The translations under genes were made by a program, and so were the position numbers. Positions 29,712-40,243 of a DNA stretch of 64,000 nt are shown in pieces (within the stretch, counting starts at the first letter, position 1; each line of letters opens with the position of its first letter). The stretch is taken from NCBI GenBank assembly GCA_963776345.1, contig CAVZMH010000020.1, positions 80,004 to 144,003 on the forward strand, given 5' to 3'. The notes under the pieces are model-generated. The model did no database searches. It saw nothing but the letters and a program-made list of their open reading frames with translations, and was not told the origin of the DNA. The stretch is from an uncultured delta proteobacterium (GTDB taxonomy: Bacteria > Myxococcota > Myxococcia > Myxococcales > Myxococcaceae).

Positions 29712-30761
29712 ATGAGCCACGAGACGCCGCGGCGACTGACCCAGTTCAGTCACTGCGCCGGTTGAGCCGCCAAGCTCCGACCGGCGGAACTGGCGCAGGT
29801 CCTGCGCCGCCTGAAGACCCGGAAGGACCCGCGGGCGCTGGTGGGGTTCGCCACGCACGACGACGCCGCGGTGTACCGTCTGTCGCCCCGGGTGGCGGTG
29901 GTCTCCACCGTCGACTTCTTCCCCCCGGTGGTGGACGACCCCTTCGCCTTCGGGCAGATCGCCGCCGCCAACGCGCTCTCGGACGTCTGGGCCATGGGGG
30001 CCCGCCCGCTGTTCGCGCTGAACCTCGTCGCCTTCCCCACCCAGGCGCTCCCGATGGAGACGCTGGTCCGCATCCTCGAGGGCGGGCAGAGCAAGGCGGA
30101 CGAGGCGGGCATCCCCATCCTCGGCGGGCACTCGGTGGACGACCCCGAGCCCAAGTACGGGATGGCGGTCACCGGCGTGGTCCATCCGCGGCGCATCCTC
30201 ACCAACGCCGGCGGCCGCCCCGGGGATCTGCTGCTGCTCACCAAGCCGCTGGGGTCGGGCATCGCCACCACCGCCATCAAGCGCGGGCTCGCCTCCCGGG
30301 AGCTCGAGCGCCGGGTGGTGGCGCTGATGTCCGCGCTGAACCGCGCCGCGGGCGAGGTCTTCGCCTCCGGCAAGTTCCCGGTGCACGCGCTGACCGACGT
30401 CACCGGCTTCGGGCTCCTCGGGCACCTGACCGAGATGGCGATGGGGGCGAGGCTCCGGGCCCGCCTGCTCCTCGAGCGCGTCCCCATCCTCGCCGGGGTG
30501 CCGGGGCTCGCCGAGCAGGGGGTGATCCCGGGTGGGACAGCGGCCAACCTGGAACACTTCGCCGCCCACGTCCGCTTCCCCCCGGGGCTGCCGGAGCCCA
30601 TCCGTCTCGTCCTCGCCGACGCCCAGACCAACGGCGGGCTGCTCGCGGCGATCCCCGCCTCCGCCCGGGCGCGTGCCGAGCGGGCGCTCTCCCGGGCCGG
30701 GGTGGAGGTGGCGGTGGTCGGGGAGCTGTCCCGGGGTCGCCCCCGGATCGACGTCGAGTGA
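29712..30761 (+). CDS. selD: Selenide, water dikinase (selenoprotein; UGA = Sec at codon 18)
   Basis: MSHETPRRLTQFSHCAG-TGA-AAKL is in frame with DDAAVY, TVDFF, AANALSDVWAMG, GGHS, LTKPLG, TDVTGFGLLGH, DAQTNGGLL. Confidence 0.93.
29763..29808 (+). promoter_or_regulatory. Bacterial SECIS-like hairpin
   Basis: TGA at 29763-29765, then stem GGCGCAG-GTC-CTGCGCC at 29792-29808. The loop starts with G, 33 nt after the UGA. Confidence 0.7.
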
Positions 30762-30819
30762 AGCCCCGGGTCCGCTCGAGTGGGCCGGGCCGCGCGTTGC
30801 AGTAACATGCCGGGACGGG

Positions 30820-31599
30820 ATGACCTTCGCTCTGGGGCTCTGCACCGCCTTGCTCGTCGCCGCCGCCCCTGCGCCGCGCCCGCGCGTGGTGATCGACCCC
30901 GGGCACGGCGGCGCGCAGGAAGGGGCGATCGGCCCCGACGGGCAGCTGGAGAAGGCCGTCTCGCTCGACGTCGCTCGCCGGCTCAAGGCCGCGCTGGAGC
31001 ACGAGGGCGTGGAGGTGCTCCTCACTCGCGAGCAGGACCTGCTGCTGGCCCTCGCCGACCGGGTGACCTTCGCCAACCAGGCCCGGCCGGACCTCTTCGT
31101 CTCCCTGCACCTGAACTCGATGCCCACCCGCCGGCTGCGGGCCAAGCTCGAGGGGGTGCAGACCTTCTTCCTCTCGGCCAGCGCCTCGGGCGAGGACGCG
31201 CGGCGGGTGGCGGAGCTGGAGAACGCCGACTCGGCCGGGGCCGGCGCACCCGAGCCCACCGACACCCTGGCCTTCATCCTCTCCGACCTCCGCCGGAGCG
31301 AGGCCCACGCCGACAGCGCACGGCTGGCCTACGCCATCCACTCGCGACTGGTGGCCGCCTCCGGCGGTGGCGACCACGGGGTGCAGCAGGCGCCGTTCTT
31401 CGTCCTCACCGGGGTGGAGGCCCCGGCGGTGCTGGTGGAGTTCGGCTTCATCTCCCATCCCGAGGAGAGCCGGAAGCTCGCCCGGCCCGAGTACCGGGAC
31501 CGCATCGCCCAGGCCGTCGCCGACGGGGTCCGCGCCTTCCTGACCCAGACCGCCGCGCGCGACCGCCGCCCGCCGGTGGTCTCCTCCGCGCCGCCCTGA
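30820..31599 (+). CDS. N-acetylmuramoyl-L-alanine amidase (Amidase_3)
   Basis: VVIDPGHGG, EK, LTRE, FVSLHLNS, AVLVEFGFISH. Confidence 0.9.
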   Translation: MTFALGLCTALLVAAAPAPRPRVVIDPGHGGAQEGAIGPDGQLEKAVSLDVARRLKAALEHEGVEVLLTREQDLLLALADRVTFANQARPDLFVSLHLNSMPTRRLRAKLEGVQTFFLSASASGEDARRVAELENADSAGAGAPEPTDTLAFILSDLRRSEAHADSARLAYAIHSRLVAASGGGDHGVQQAPFFVLTGVEAPAVLVEFGFISHPEESRKLARPEYRDRIAQAVADGVRAFLTQTAARDRRPPVVSSAPP

Positions 31600-31617
31600 G
31601 AAGCTCCCTCGATTGAC

Positions 31618-32334
31618 ATGCGCTCCTTCGACCGCGGCCTGCTCGATCTCCGTCCCTTGACCATCACCCCCGGGGTGTCCCGCCATGCCGAGGGCTCGGC
31701 AGAGGTCCGGCTGGGCCACACCTGGGTGCGCGTCACCTGCTCGGTGGAGGAGCGCGTCCCGCCCCACCTCATGGGCAAGAACAGCGGCTGGGTCACCGCC
31801 GAGTACGGGATGCTGCCCCGGAGCACCCACACCCGCTCCGCCCGAGAGGCGGCCAAGGGCAAGCAGAGCGGGCGCACCCAGGAGATCCAGCGGCTCATCG
31901 GGCGGGCGCTCCGGGCGTCGGTGGAGCTCGGCCAGCTCGGCCCGCGCACCTTCACCCTGGACTGCGACGTCATCGAGGCGGACGGCGGCACCCGCTGCGC
32001 CTCCATCACCGCCGCGTACGTGGCGCTGGCGCAGGCGACACGGGCTCTCCAGGGTCGGAAGGTGCTCTCCAGCCTGCCGAGGATGGTTCCCGTCGCCGCG
32101 GTGTCGGTGGGCATCCTGAAGGGCGACGTGGTGACCGACCTCGACTACCAGGAGGACAGCGCGGCCGAGGTGGACATGAACGTGGTCGCCACCGGCGAGG
32201 GCAAGCTGGTGGAGGTCCAGGGCACGGCGGAGAAGGGCTCCTTCGCCCGGGCCGAGCTGGACGCGCTCATCGACGCGGGCCTCGCCGGGGTGGCCAGGCT
32301 GGTCGAGGCGCAACGCCGCGCGCTCGGCGGATGA
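31618..32334 (+). CDS. rph: Ribonuclease PH
   Basis: [52 protein letters not shown]. Confidence 0.96.
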   Translation: MRSFDRGLLDLRPLTITPGVSRHAEGSAEVRLGHTWVRVTCSVEERVPPHLMGKNSGWVTAEYGMLPRSTHTRSAREAAKGKQSGRTQEIQRLIGRALRASVELGQLGPRTFTLDCDVIEADGGTRCASITAAYVALAQATRALQGRKVLSSLPRMVPVAAVSVGILKGDVVTDLDYQEDSAAEVDMNVVATGEGKLVEVQGTAEKGSFARAELDALIDAGLAGVARLVEAQRRALGG

Positions 32335-32924
32335 GGCTCCTGGTCGCCACCCGGAACGCCGGGAAGCTCCGGGAGGTCAGGGCGCGGGTGCAGGGCCTCG
32401 AGGTGGTGTCGCTCGACGACGTGCCCCCGATGCCCGAGGTGGAGGAGACCGAGGACACGCTGGAAGGCAATGCGGCGCTCAAGGCAAGGGCCGCGGCGCG
32501 GGCCTCGGGGCTGTGGAGCGTCTCGGACGACTCGGGACTCTTCGTCGATGCGCTCGGAGCCGCCCCGGGGGTGCGCTCGGCCCGCTACGCGCCGGGCGAC
32601 GACGCCGCGCGGGTCAGCAAGCTCCTCCGGGAGATGGAGCGAGTCGCCGACGGCGCGCGCGGCGCGGCGTTCCGCTGCGCCCTGGCGCTGGCCTCGCCCG
32701 CGGGGGAGGTGCGGCTGGCGCAGGGGGAGTGCCGGGGGACCATCCTCCGTGCGCCGCGGGGGAGCGGCGGGTTCGGCTACGACCCGGTGTTCCTGGTCCC
32801 GGAGCTCGGGCGGACGATGGCCGAGCTCACGCTCGAGGAGAAGGGGCGCATCTCCCACCGGGCGCGGGCGCTGGACGCGCTGGAGCCGGAGCTGGCGCGA
32901 CTCGGCTCGTCCTCGCCCCGGTAG
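32331..32924 (+). CDS. rdgB: Non-canonical purine NTP pyrophosphatase (Ham1/RdgB)
   Basis: [37 protein letters not shown]. Directly follows rph. Confidence 0.93.
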   Translation: MRLLVATRNAGKLREVRARVQGLEVVSLDDVPPMPEVEETEDTLEGNAALKARAAARASGLWSVSDDSGLFVDALGAAPGVRSARYAPGDDAARVSKLLREMERVADGARGAAFRCALALASPAGEVRLAQGECRGTILRAPRGSGGFGYDPVFLVPELGRTMAELTLEEKGRISHRARALDALEPELARLGSSSPR

Positions 32925-32946
32925 TCCGGCCCGGGCCGTGCGACTT

Positions 32947-33468
32947 CTAGGCGCCGAGGGTGGGAGGAGCCGGGCGGTCGTCGAGCCGCCGCTCGAGGAA
33001 GGTGAGGTCGAGCCAGCGGCCGAACTTGCAGCCCACGTGGTGGAGCGTGCCGGCGCGCTGGAAGCCGAGCCGCTCGTGGAGGCGGATGGAGACGAGGTTG
33101 TCCGCGTCCACGCCGGCCACCATCACGTGCTTGCCGAGCGTGGTGGCCCGGTCGAGCAGCACGCGCACCAGCTCCCGCCCCACGCCTCTCCCTCGGGCGT
33201 CTGCCCGGACGTGGACGCTGTGCTCGACCGTGTGCCGGTAGCCGGGCCAGCTGCGGAAGTCACCGAAGCTCGCGAACCCGAGGACGCCGGAGGCGTCGGT
33301 CGCGACCAGGACCGGGTATCCGAGGTCACGTCGGGCCCGGAACCACCGCAGCCGCTCCTCGAGCGTGGTCGGCACCTCGGAGAAGATGGCGGTCGAGGTG
33401 GCGAGCACGTCGTTGTAGATGGCGAGGATCGCCGGGACATCGGCCTCGGTCGCGTCGCGGATGCTCAC
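32947..33468 (-). CDS. GNAT N-acetyltransferase (YncA/Pat-like)
   Basis: AILAIYN, GYRHTVEHSVHV, RGRGVG, LHERLGF, KFGRWLD. Confidence 0.88.
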   Translation of the reverse strand: MSIRDATEADVPAILAIYNDVLATSTAIFSEVPTTLEERLRWFRARRDLGYPVLVATDASGVLGFASFGDFRSWPGYRHTVEHSVHVRADARGRGVGRELVRVLLDRATTLGKHVMVAGVDADNLVSIRLHERLGFQRAGTLHHVGCKFGRWLDLTFLERRLDDRPAPPTLGA

Positions 33469-33600
33469 TCCCGGGAGGTTCTCGCAGCGCCCTGCCCGCT
33501 GGCCAGCACAGTCACCGGCTCGCTGCCTGGAGCAGCCCGCGCATACCGCGCTCGCTTTCTCCGTTCCAGCCGGTCCTGCTCCGGCGTACCGTGGCGGGCG

Positions 33601-33882
33601 ATGAGAGCGGTGAAGCCGACGACGACCCCGGCAGTGGGCTGCCCGCGGCGCAGCGCGCTCCATCTGACCGAGGTCCTGGCGCCGGCCATCCTGGCGCTGG
33701 CCGGCTGCGCGATGCTCGGCCCCGAGACCACGCTCAGGCAGCAGATGACGGCCCTGCACGGCTGCCCCGAGGAGCAGCTGAAGGTCACCGGCCTCGGCGG
33801 CTCCCGCTACCAGGTCGAGGGCTGCGGGTCGACCGAGACCTTCGTCTGCGGACAGACCGACGGATGGGTCTGCAACCGGTGA
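33601..33882 (+). CDS. Small Cys-containing lipoprotein
   Basis: Lipobox LAGC, then HGCP...VEGCG...FVC...WVC. Confidence 0.55.
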   Translation: MRAVKPTTTPAVGCPRRSALHLTEVLAPAILALAGCAMLGPETTLRQQMTALHGCPEEQLKVTGLGGSRYQVEGCGSTETFVCGQTDGWVCNR

Positions 33883-33939
33883 CGGCGGCTCCCGCCCTTG
33901 ACCGGGTGCGTCTCCCCGTGTTCTCTACCGCGACCGACT

Positions 33940-34015
<76 letters not shown>

Positions 34016-34040
34016 CAAGAACGCCTCACCCACGTGACGC

Positions 34041-35033
34041 TCAGCCGCTGCCTGCGACGCGTGGGCCATCGTCGTCCCGCCGTCCCTCTCGCCAGGCCGC
34101 GGGCGGGACGCCCACCACCTTCTTGAAGGCCCGGCTGAACGCGGCCTCCGAGGCGTAGCCGACCTCGACCGCGGCCTCGAACACGCTGACGTTCCGGGTA
34201 CGGAGCAGCGTGGCCGCGAGCTGCATCCGCCAGCGCGTCAGGTACTGCATCGGGGCCTCGCCCACCAGGTGCGCGAAGCGCTCGGCCAGCGCCGAGCGCG
34301 AGAGCGCGGCCTCCTTCGCCAGCGCCTCCACGGTCCACGCCTCCGCCGGGCGGTCGTGCAGCGCCGCGAGCGCCCGGCCGACGTACGGGTCGCGCAGCCC
34401 GGCGAGCCAGCCGGTCTGCCCCGGAGGGAGCGAGGCCACGTAGCGGCGGATGACCTCCACGAACATCAGCTCGCTCGCCCGCGCCAGAACGCACTCGCCG
34501 CCGGTCCGCCCGGCCGAGGACTCCGACACCGCGAGCCGGGCCAGCGCCTCGAGCCATTCGCCGCCGTCGCGCGCGCTCACCCGGAGCACCCGGGGGAGGG
34601 TCGCGAGCAGCGGATTGAAGGGCCGGGCGTCGCAGCCCACGAAGCCGCAGACCAGCTGCGTGCGCTCGTCGCCCCCTCCCTCGCGGAGAAGGAACGGCAG
34701 CTGGCTCCCGACGGGGCGGCGGTAACCGTCGAGCGAGATCTGGCCGCGCATCCCCGGGCTGCTGGAGATGGTGTGCGGGTCGCCGTGCGGGAAGGCGATG
34801 ATGTCTCCCTCCCGGAGCAGGACCGGCTCCTCGCCGACGATGCCCCCCCAGCAGCTGCCCCGGGTGATGAGGTGGTACTCGATCACGTGGTCGATGCCCG
34901 GCATGACGTGTGGAGCGACCTCGCCCGCCGGCAGCGCCTCCGCGGCGAAGGGGGCCGAGGCATCGATGGAGAAGTAGACCGCCCCGGTCAGGCGGACCGC
35001 GCGCAGCACGTCCGAGAGGACATCGGTGCTCAT
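34041..35033 (-). CDS. AraC-family regulator with cupin_6 domain
   Basis: DVLSDVLRAVRLTGA, WTVEALAKEAALSRS, VGYASEAAFSRAFKK. Confidence 0.9.
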   Translation of the reverse strand: MSTDVLSDVLRAVRLTGAVYFSIDASAPFAAEALPAGEVAPHVMPGIDHVIEYHLITRGSCWGGIVGEEPVLLREGDIIAFPHGDPHTISSSPGMRGQISLDGYRRPVGSQLPFLLREGGGDERTQLVCGFVGCDARPFNPLLATLPRVLRVSARDGGEWLEALARLAVSESSAGRTGGECVLARASELMFVEVIRRYVASLPPGQTGWLAGLRDPYVGRALAALHDRPAEAWTVEALAKEAALSRSALAERFAHLVGEAPMQYLTRWRMQLAATLLRTRNVSVFEAAVEVGYASEAAFSRAFKKVVGVPPAAWREGRRDDDGPRVAGSG

Positions 35034-35195
35034 CGCGGGGTCCGGTTGCGACGCGTCGTGTCGTCCCCGCCGCCGTCGGCGGCCGCGCGGAACGGACGGT
35101 GGAGCAAGAACTGCGGAGTGCCGGTCAAGCGCGCCTCCGGGGCCACGGACATCAAGAGCCCCGTCGCACGCACCCTTACCCCAGGAGTTCCGTTC

Positions 35196-36032
35196 GTGAC
35201 CACCGCAGCCCCCCTGACCGTCGCCCCCGCGCCGGACCTCGCCGCCATCAAGACCCGCCAGCAGGCCACCTGGGCCAGCGGGGACTACGCCGTCATCGGC
35301 ACCACCCTCAGCATCGTCGGCGAGTCGCTCTGCGAGGCGGTGGACCTCCGCGCCGGGCAGAACGTCCTGGACGTCGCCTGCGGGAACGGCGCCGCCACCC
35401 TCGCCGCGGCGCGTCGGTTCTGCACGGTGACGGGTCTGGACTATGTCCCCTCGCTCCTGGCCCGCGCCGAGGAGCGCGCCCGCGCGGAACGGCTGGACAT
35501 CGCCTTCGTCGAGGGAGACGCCGAGGCGCTTCCCTTCCGCGACGGCCAGTTCGACGCGGTGCTCTCCACCTTCGGGGTGATGTTCACCCCCGACCACCAG
35601 CGGGCGGCGCGCGAGCTGGCGCGGGTGGTGCGCCGGGGCGGGAAGATCGGCCTGGCCTGCTGGACCCCCGACGGGTTCGTGGGCCAGATGTTCGCGCTGG
35701 TGGGCCGCACCATGCCACCCCCCGCCGGCGTCAAGCCCCCGCCGCTCTGGGGCACCGTCCCCCACTGCGAGGAGCTCTTCGGCGACACCGCCGCCTCGAT
35801 GCAGGCCCAGCAGCGCGAGTTCGCCTTCCGCTACCTGTCGCCCGAGCACTTCATCGACGTGTTCCGCCGGTTCTACGGGCCGACCCACAAGCTCTACGGG
35901 GCGCTGCCGGCAGACAAGGCGGCCACCTTCACCGGGGAGCTCACCGAGCTCATCCGCCGATTCAATCGCTCCGGCGACGGGACGGTGGTGATCCCCTCGA
36001 AGTACCTGGAGCTGGTCGTCACCCGGCGCTGA
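35196..36032 (+). CDS. Class I SAM-dependent methyltransferase
   Basis: WASGDY, VLDVACGNG, FDAVLSTFGVMF. Divergent from the AraC gene. Confidence 0.88.
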   Translation: MTTAAPLTVAPAPDLAAIKTRQQATWASGDYAVIGTTLSIVGESLCEAVDLRAGQNVLDVACGNGAATLAAARRFCTVTGLDYVPSLLARAEERARAERLDIAFVEGDAEALPFRDGQFDAVLSTFGVMFTPDHQRAARELARVVRRGGKIGLACWTPDGFVGQMFALVGRTMPPPAGVKPPPLWGTVPHCEELFGDTAASMQAQQREFAFRYLSPEHFIDVFRRFYGPTHKLYGALPADKAATFTGELTELIRRFNRSGDGTVVIPSKYLELVVTRR

Positions 36033-36281
36033 GGCGAGACGCGGCAAGCCCGCGGGCGATCCGACCTTCTCGGCGCCCGCGGGCGAACCGGCGAATGCCT
36101 GCGACAACGTCAACAGACGAGTGAGGCACCCCGCAATCGATGCGCCGCCGGGTGTCCAGACCCGCAGGCCCTGCAGCGCCGTGGGGCGCGAAACACCGTC
36201 CTCCCCTGGGTACAACGAGGGAGCCACCGCCGTGGCTCGACCGATGCACGATCTGGCCTCGACCCCGGAAGGAGGTCAGCC

Positions 36282-36755
36282 ATGCGCGTCGAGGACATCA
36301 TGACCAAGCAGCTCGAGACGTGCCGGGCGGACGATTCGCTGTGGCACGTGGCACGGAAGATGTGGGACCACGACATCGGGTGCCTGCCAGTGGAGGGAGC
36401 CGACGGGCGAGTGACCTCGGTCGTCACCGACCGGGACATCGCGATGGCGGCGTACCTCCGCGGCAAGCCGCTCGCCGAGCTCAAGGTCTCCGAGGCCATG
36501 TCGCACCGGCTGGTGACGGTCCAGCCCACCGACCCACTCCGCGTCGCCGAGGACCGGATGCGCTCCGAGCAGGTGCATCGCATCCCGGTGGTGGACGCGC
36601 TCGGGTTCCTCAAGGGGATGGTGACGGTGAACGACCTGGCGCATCACCTCCGGACGCTGAAGTCGCTGGAAGGCCTCGAGCCGGCGGAGGTGGCCGGAAC
36701 GGTCGCCGCCATCAGCAGCCCGCGCTCGGCGGCCTCGGGGACCGCCCAGGCCTGA
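36282..36755 (+). CDS. CBS-domain protein
   Basis: VEDIMT, IGCLPV, VVTDRDI, HRIPVVD, with a GGAGG ribosome-binding site. Confidence 0.88.
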   Translation: MRVEDIMTKQLETCRADDSLWHVARKMWDHDIGCLPVEGADGRVTSVVTDRDIAMAAYLRGKPLAELKVSEAMSHRLVTVQPTDPLRVAEDRMRSEQVHRIPVVDALGFLKGMVTVNDLAHHLRTLKSLEGLEPAEVAGTVAAISSPRSAASGTAQA

Positions 36756-36793
36756 TCGGTGCGGGCGGGCGCGGACCCGCCGGCCCCTGATGC

Positions 36794-37903
36794 TCAGAGC
36801 GTCCGTCGTTCGGGCCGCGCGGCCACCTCACCCACCGTGGGTGGAGAGGCCATGTGCCTGATGGCTGGCGCGACCGAGAGGACGAACGCGCCGAGCAGGC
36901 CGAGGGCGACGAGGAGTGCCCGGGGATGGATCGGGAGCAGCGCGTCCCCCGAGCTCAGGGAGGGAACGACCAGGATCTGGAAGACGAGCCAGATCCCGAC
37001 GAGCTGCCCGACCAGCACGGCCGCGAGAGCCCGGGGCGAGGACTTGCCCACCGGGTGCAGCAGTGCCGCGAAGGGCGCCGCGAAGACCAGCATCAGCATC
37101 GTGAGCCCGGCCCATCCCCAGCCCCCCTGCATTCGCCGGAGGAGGAACCCGGTCTCGTCGGGCAGGTTCCCGAACCAGATGGTGAGGAACTGCGCGGCGA
37201 AGAGGTAGCTCCAGAAGACGGTCACCGCGAGCAGCAACGCGACCGCGTCGCTCCGGTCGGAGGGCGAGAGCTCGCCACGGGCGAGCCCGAGGAGCACCAG
37301 GAGGTCCGCACCGGCGAGGAAGGTGCTGACGAAGACGAACGGCCCGATCACCGTGCTCCCGAAGACCGGATCGGGGCCGAGCACGAAGTCGAACGCCCAG
37401 ATCGACAGGACGATGGTGTAGCCGATCAGGAAGGTCACCGCGGAGGCGAGCGCCAGCTCCGCGGGCGGTCGGGAGCGCGGGCCGAACCAGACCCACGCCG
37501 CGCCGAAGAGCACCGTGCCGAGCACGATCTCCCGCGCCACCAGCACCGGCGGGGCGAGCCAGCCCCGGCTGCCGGCCACCCACGGCGCGGTCTCGGCGCC
37601 CGCGAGGACGACGACCAGCAGCGCCAGCGCGACCGGGGCGAAGACCACCGGTGCACGCCCGAGCGCCACCAGCGCTCGCGCCCAGCGGGCAGGGATGATG
37701 CGGAACATCGCCCCGAAGGCGACCGCGCCGAGCGCGCCACCGGCGAAGAACATCCAGCTGGCGATGAGCGTCCCGTAGGTGCCCGGGCTCCGCCCTCCGC
37801 CGAGCCCGGAGAGGAATGCCGCCGCGCCGGCCACGACCGCACCGCCGGCCACCGCCGCACCCCGCCGACCGACTGCAGCCTCGAGGTCCCGTCCCCAGCT
37901 CAT
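36794..37903 (-). CDS. actF: ActF-like polytopic membrane subunit
   Basis: About 10 TM helices, FWSYLFAAQFLTIWFGNLPDE, and operon position. Confidence 0.7.
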   Translation of the reverse strand: MSWGRDLEAAVGRRGAAVAGGAVVAGAAAFLSGLGGGRSPGTYGTLIASWMFFAGGALGAVAFGAMFRIIPARWARALVALGRAPVVFAPVALALLVVVLAGAETAPWVAGSRGWLAPPVLVAREIVLGTVLFGAAWVWFGPRSRPPAELALASAVTFLIGYTIVLSIWAFDFVLGPDPVFGSTVIGPFVFVSTFLAGADLLVLLGLARGELSPSDRSDAVALLLAVTVFWSYLFAAQFLTIWFGNLPDETGFLLRRMQGGWGWAGLTMLMLVFAAPFAALLHPVGKSSPRALAAVLVGQLVGIWLVFQILVVPSLSSGDALLPIHPRALLVALGLLGAFVLSVAPAIRHMASPPTVGEVAARPERRTL

Positions 37904-38424
37904 GGCTGCTGCCCTCCCTGTCCGGGGCCGCTCGTCCCGGTGCAGCCCTCGCGCTGCAGCGCCCGGACGAAGGCGACCAGGTCCCAGCGGTCCCTGGCGC
38001 TCGTCCCCTCGCGCATGGAGGGCATGGCCTTCCCCCCCGCGATCAGCGTGCCGTAGAGGTACCCGTCGCTCCGGCGGCAGATGGACAGGTGGCGAAGATT
38101 CGGAGCGGGCGGAAACTCCCTGGAGACCGGGCCATCTCCCTTGGCCTCCGGGCCGTGGCAGGGTGTGCAGAACCGGGAGAAGAGCACCTTCCCGTGGGCC
38201 TCCGCTGCGGAGTCGAAGGGCGCGGGAGGCCGCGCGTCTTCCACGTCGTCCCGGTCGGCCACCGTCTCCACCCCGCCGAGCGGCACCGCGCCCTCGGGAG
38301 CCGGCCTGGCCTCGGTGAGCGGCTGGAGCGAGGGCTGCTGCTCCATGCTCGCGGGCCAGAGGAAGCCACCCGACGTGCACCCGGAGAGCACCAGCGCGCC
38401 GAGCACCACCGGGCGGAGGTTCAT
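37900..38424 (-). CDS. actE: ActE-like monoheme cytochrome c lipoprotein
   Basis: Lipobox LSGC, CTPCHG, SDGYLYGTL...MPS, DRWDLVAFVR. Confidence 0.78.
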   Translation of the reverse strand: MNLRPVVLGALVLSGCTSGGFLWPASMEQQPSLQPLTEARPAPEGAVPLGGVETVADRDDVEDARPPAPFDSAAEAHGKVLFSRFCTPCHGPEAKGDGPVSREFPPAPNLRHLSICRRSDGYLYGTLIAGGKAMPSMREGTSARDRWDLVAFVRALQREGCTGTSGPGQGGQQP

Positions 38425-38915
38425 GGCCTCCCCTCCTGCAGCGCGCGGAGCACCGCGGCGGCCAGTGGACCCTCGAACCGCTCTGCCGGCACCACGACCA
38501 CGATCTGCTCGCTGTTCACCGCCGCCCTCGCCGCGGCGGCCACCCGCCGCCTCGCTCCTGCCGCCAGGAGGACCAGGGCGATGAAGTTCGCCGCCCCGGC
38601 GAAGAGCATCGTCAGCTCGAACATGATCACCCCGAAGGCGGGCCAGGCCAGGATCGGCTTGCCCCCGACCACCAGGCCCAGCGAGCGCGAGGTGAGCGCC
38701 TGCAGCAGCGCCGCGCAGGTCAGCCCCGTCACCGCGCCGGCGAGCGCGACCTTGCCCAGGACCGGCCAGGGTCCGGGGCGCCCGGTGAGGTGGACCACCG
38801 GGAAGGGCGCGGGGCTGACCACCCGTGCGTCGGTCACTCCGGCCTCGTGGAGGCGCCGCAGGGCGCGGGCCGCCGCGTCGGGGTCGGCGAAGAGGGTCAC
38901 CCGCGGCTCAGGCAT
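38421..38915 (-). CDS. actD: ActD-like (DUF3341) membrane subunit
   Basis: SPAPFP, VGGKP, IMFELTMLF. Confidence 0.72.
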   Translation of the reverse strand: MPEPRVTLFADPDAAARALRRLHEAGVTDARVVSPAPFPVVHLTGRPGPWPVLGKVALAGAVTGLTCAALLQALTSRSLGLVVGGKPILAWPAFGVIMFELTMLFAGAANFIALVLLAAGARRRVAAAARAAVNSEQIVVVVPAERFEGPLAAAVLRALQEGRP

Positions 38916-40242
38916 GGCCGGGCTCCATCCCGGGCTCGTGGGCCGCGGCGTGCTGCCGCTCCATCGTCTCGGCCACCGAGATCGAGGGGAAGATCTTGAT
39001 GAAGAGCAGGAAGAGGGTGAAGAACCAGCCGAAGCCGCCGAGGCAGATCAGCAGCTCCGGCACGGTGGGGCGGTAGAACCCCCAGTTCTGCGGCAGGTAG
39101 TGGTGGGCGAGGGTGGTGACGATGAACATGAAGCGCTCGAACCACATCCCGACCGAGACCAGCACCGAGATGATCACCAGCGCCGGGAGGCTCCGGCGCA
39201 CCCGGCCCCAGAAGCAGGCCAGCGGCGCGACGCTGTTGCAGACGATGACCAGCCAGAAGACCCAGGCGTAGGTTCCGGTGGGCCGCCAGCGGAACACCTC
39301 GGCCTCGGCCTGGCTCCCGTGGAAGAAGGCCATGAAGAACTCGGTGGCGTAGGTGAAGGTCATCACCAGCGAGGCCGCCAGGAGCAGCTTGGAGAGCATC
39401 TCGAAGTGCTCGGGCCGGATGTACCGCTCCAGCCGGTAGCCGCGGCGCAGTCCGGCGAGGAGCAGGATGGCCATCGCGATGCCGGAGAAGATGGCCCCGG
39501 CCACGAAGTACGGGGCGAAGATCGACGAGTGCCACCCCGGCATCACCGACATGGCGAAGTCCCAGGAGACGACGCTGTGCACCGAGACCGCCAGGGGGAT
39601 GACCACCCCCGCGAAGATGGGGTACGCCTTCTCGAACAGCGCCCACTCCGCGTCGGTGCCGGAGAAGCCGAGCGACAGCACGCGGTAGAGCGGCCGCCGC
39701 CATCCCGTCACCCGCCGGGCCAGCATCGCCAGGTCCGGCAGCATCCCCATGTAGAGGAACAGCGCGCTCACCGTGACGTAGGAGCTGATGGCGAACACGT
39801 CCCAGGTGAGCGGGGAGCGGAAGTTCGGCCAGAGCTGGCGCTGGTTGGGGTAGGCGAGCACGAAGTAGAAGAGCCACGAGCGCCCGATGTGGATGATCGG
39901 GTACAGGCCGGCGGTGAGGATGGTGATCACCGTCATCGCCTCCGCCGACCGTCCGATCGCGGCCCGCAGCGGCGACCGGGCGAAGAAGAGGATGGCCGAG
40001 ACCAGCGTGCCGGAGTGGCTCACGCCGATGAAGAAGACGAAGGTGGTGATGAGCGCCCCCCACATCACCGGCTCGTTCAGGCCGAAGACGCCCAGGCCCC
40101 GGCGGAGCGCCAGCGACCAGGCCACTCCTCCCACCACCACCAGGCCCGCGGAGAGCCCGAGCCCGAGCCAGTAGCGCCAGCTGGTCCGGGACATGGTCCC
40201 CACCATGTCGCGCTCGATGCGGGTGAGGTCAGGGGCGTCCAC
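38908..40242 (-). CDS. actC: NrfD/ActC quinone-interacting membrane subunit
   Basis: FVFFIGVSHSGTLVSAIL, WPNFRSPLTWDVFAISSY, SVHSVVSWDFA, WHSSIFAPYFVAGAIFSG, GMWFERF. Confidence 0.88.
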   Translation of the reverse strand: MDAPDLTRIERDMVGTMSRTSWRYWLGLGLSAGLVVVGGVAWSLALRRGLGVFGLNEPVMWGALITTFVFFIGVSHSGTLVSAILFFARSPLRAAIGRSAEAMTVITILTAGLYPIIHIGRSWLFYFVLAYPNQRQLWPNFRSPLTWDVFAISSYVTVSALFLYMGMLPDLAMLARRVTGWRRPLYRVLSLGFSGTDAEWALFEKAYPIFAGVVIPLAVSVHSVVSWDFAMSVMPGWHSSIFAPYFVAGAIFSGIAMAILLLAGLRRGYRLERYIRPEHFEMLSKLLLAASLVMTFTYATEFFMAFFHGSQAEAEVFRWRPTGTYAWVFWLVIVCNSVAPLACFWGRVRRSLPALVIISVLVSVGMWFERFMFIVTTLAHHYLPQNWGFYRPTVPELLICLGGFGWFFTLFLLFIKIFPSISVAETMERQHAAAHEPGMEPGHA

Positions 40243-40243
40243 G

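Noticed and set aside
36258..36284. SRP RNA-like CCGGAAGG motif
   Set aside because: It is better explained as the GGAGG ribosome-binding site of the CBS gene, and there is no SRP helix.
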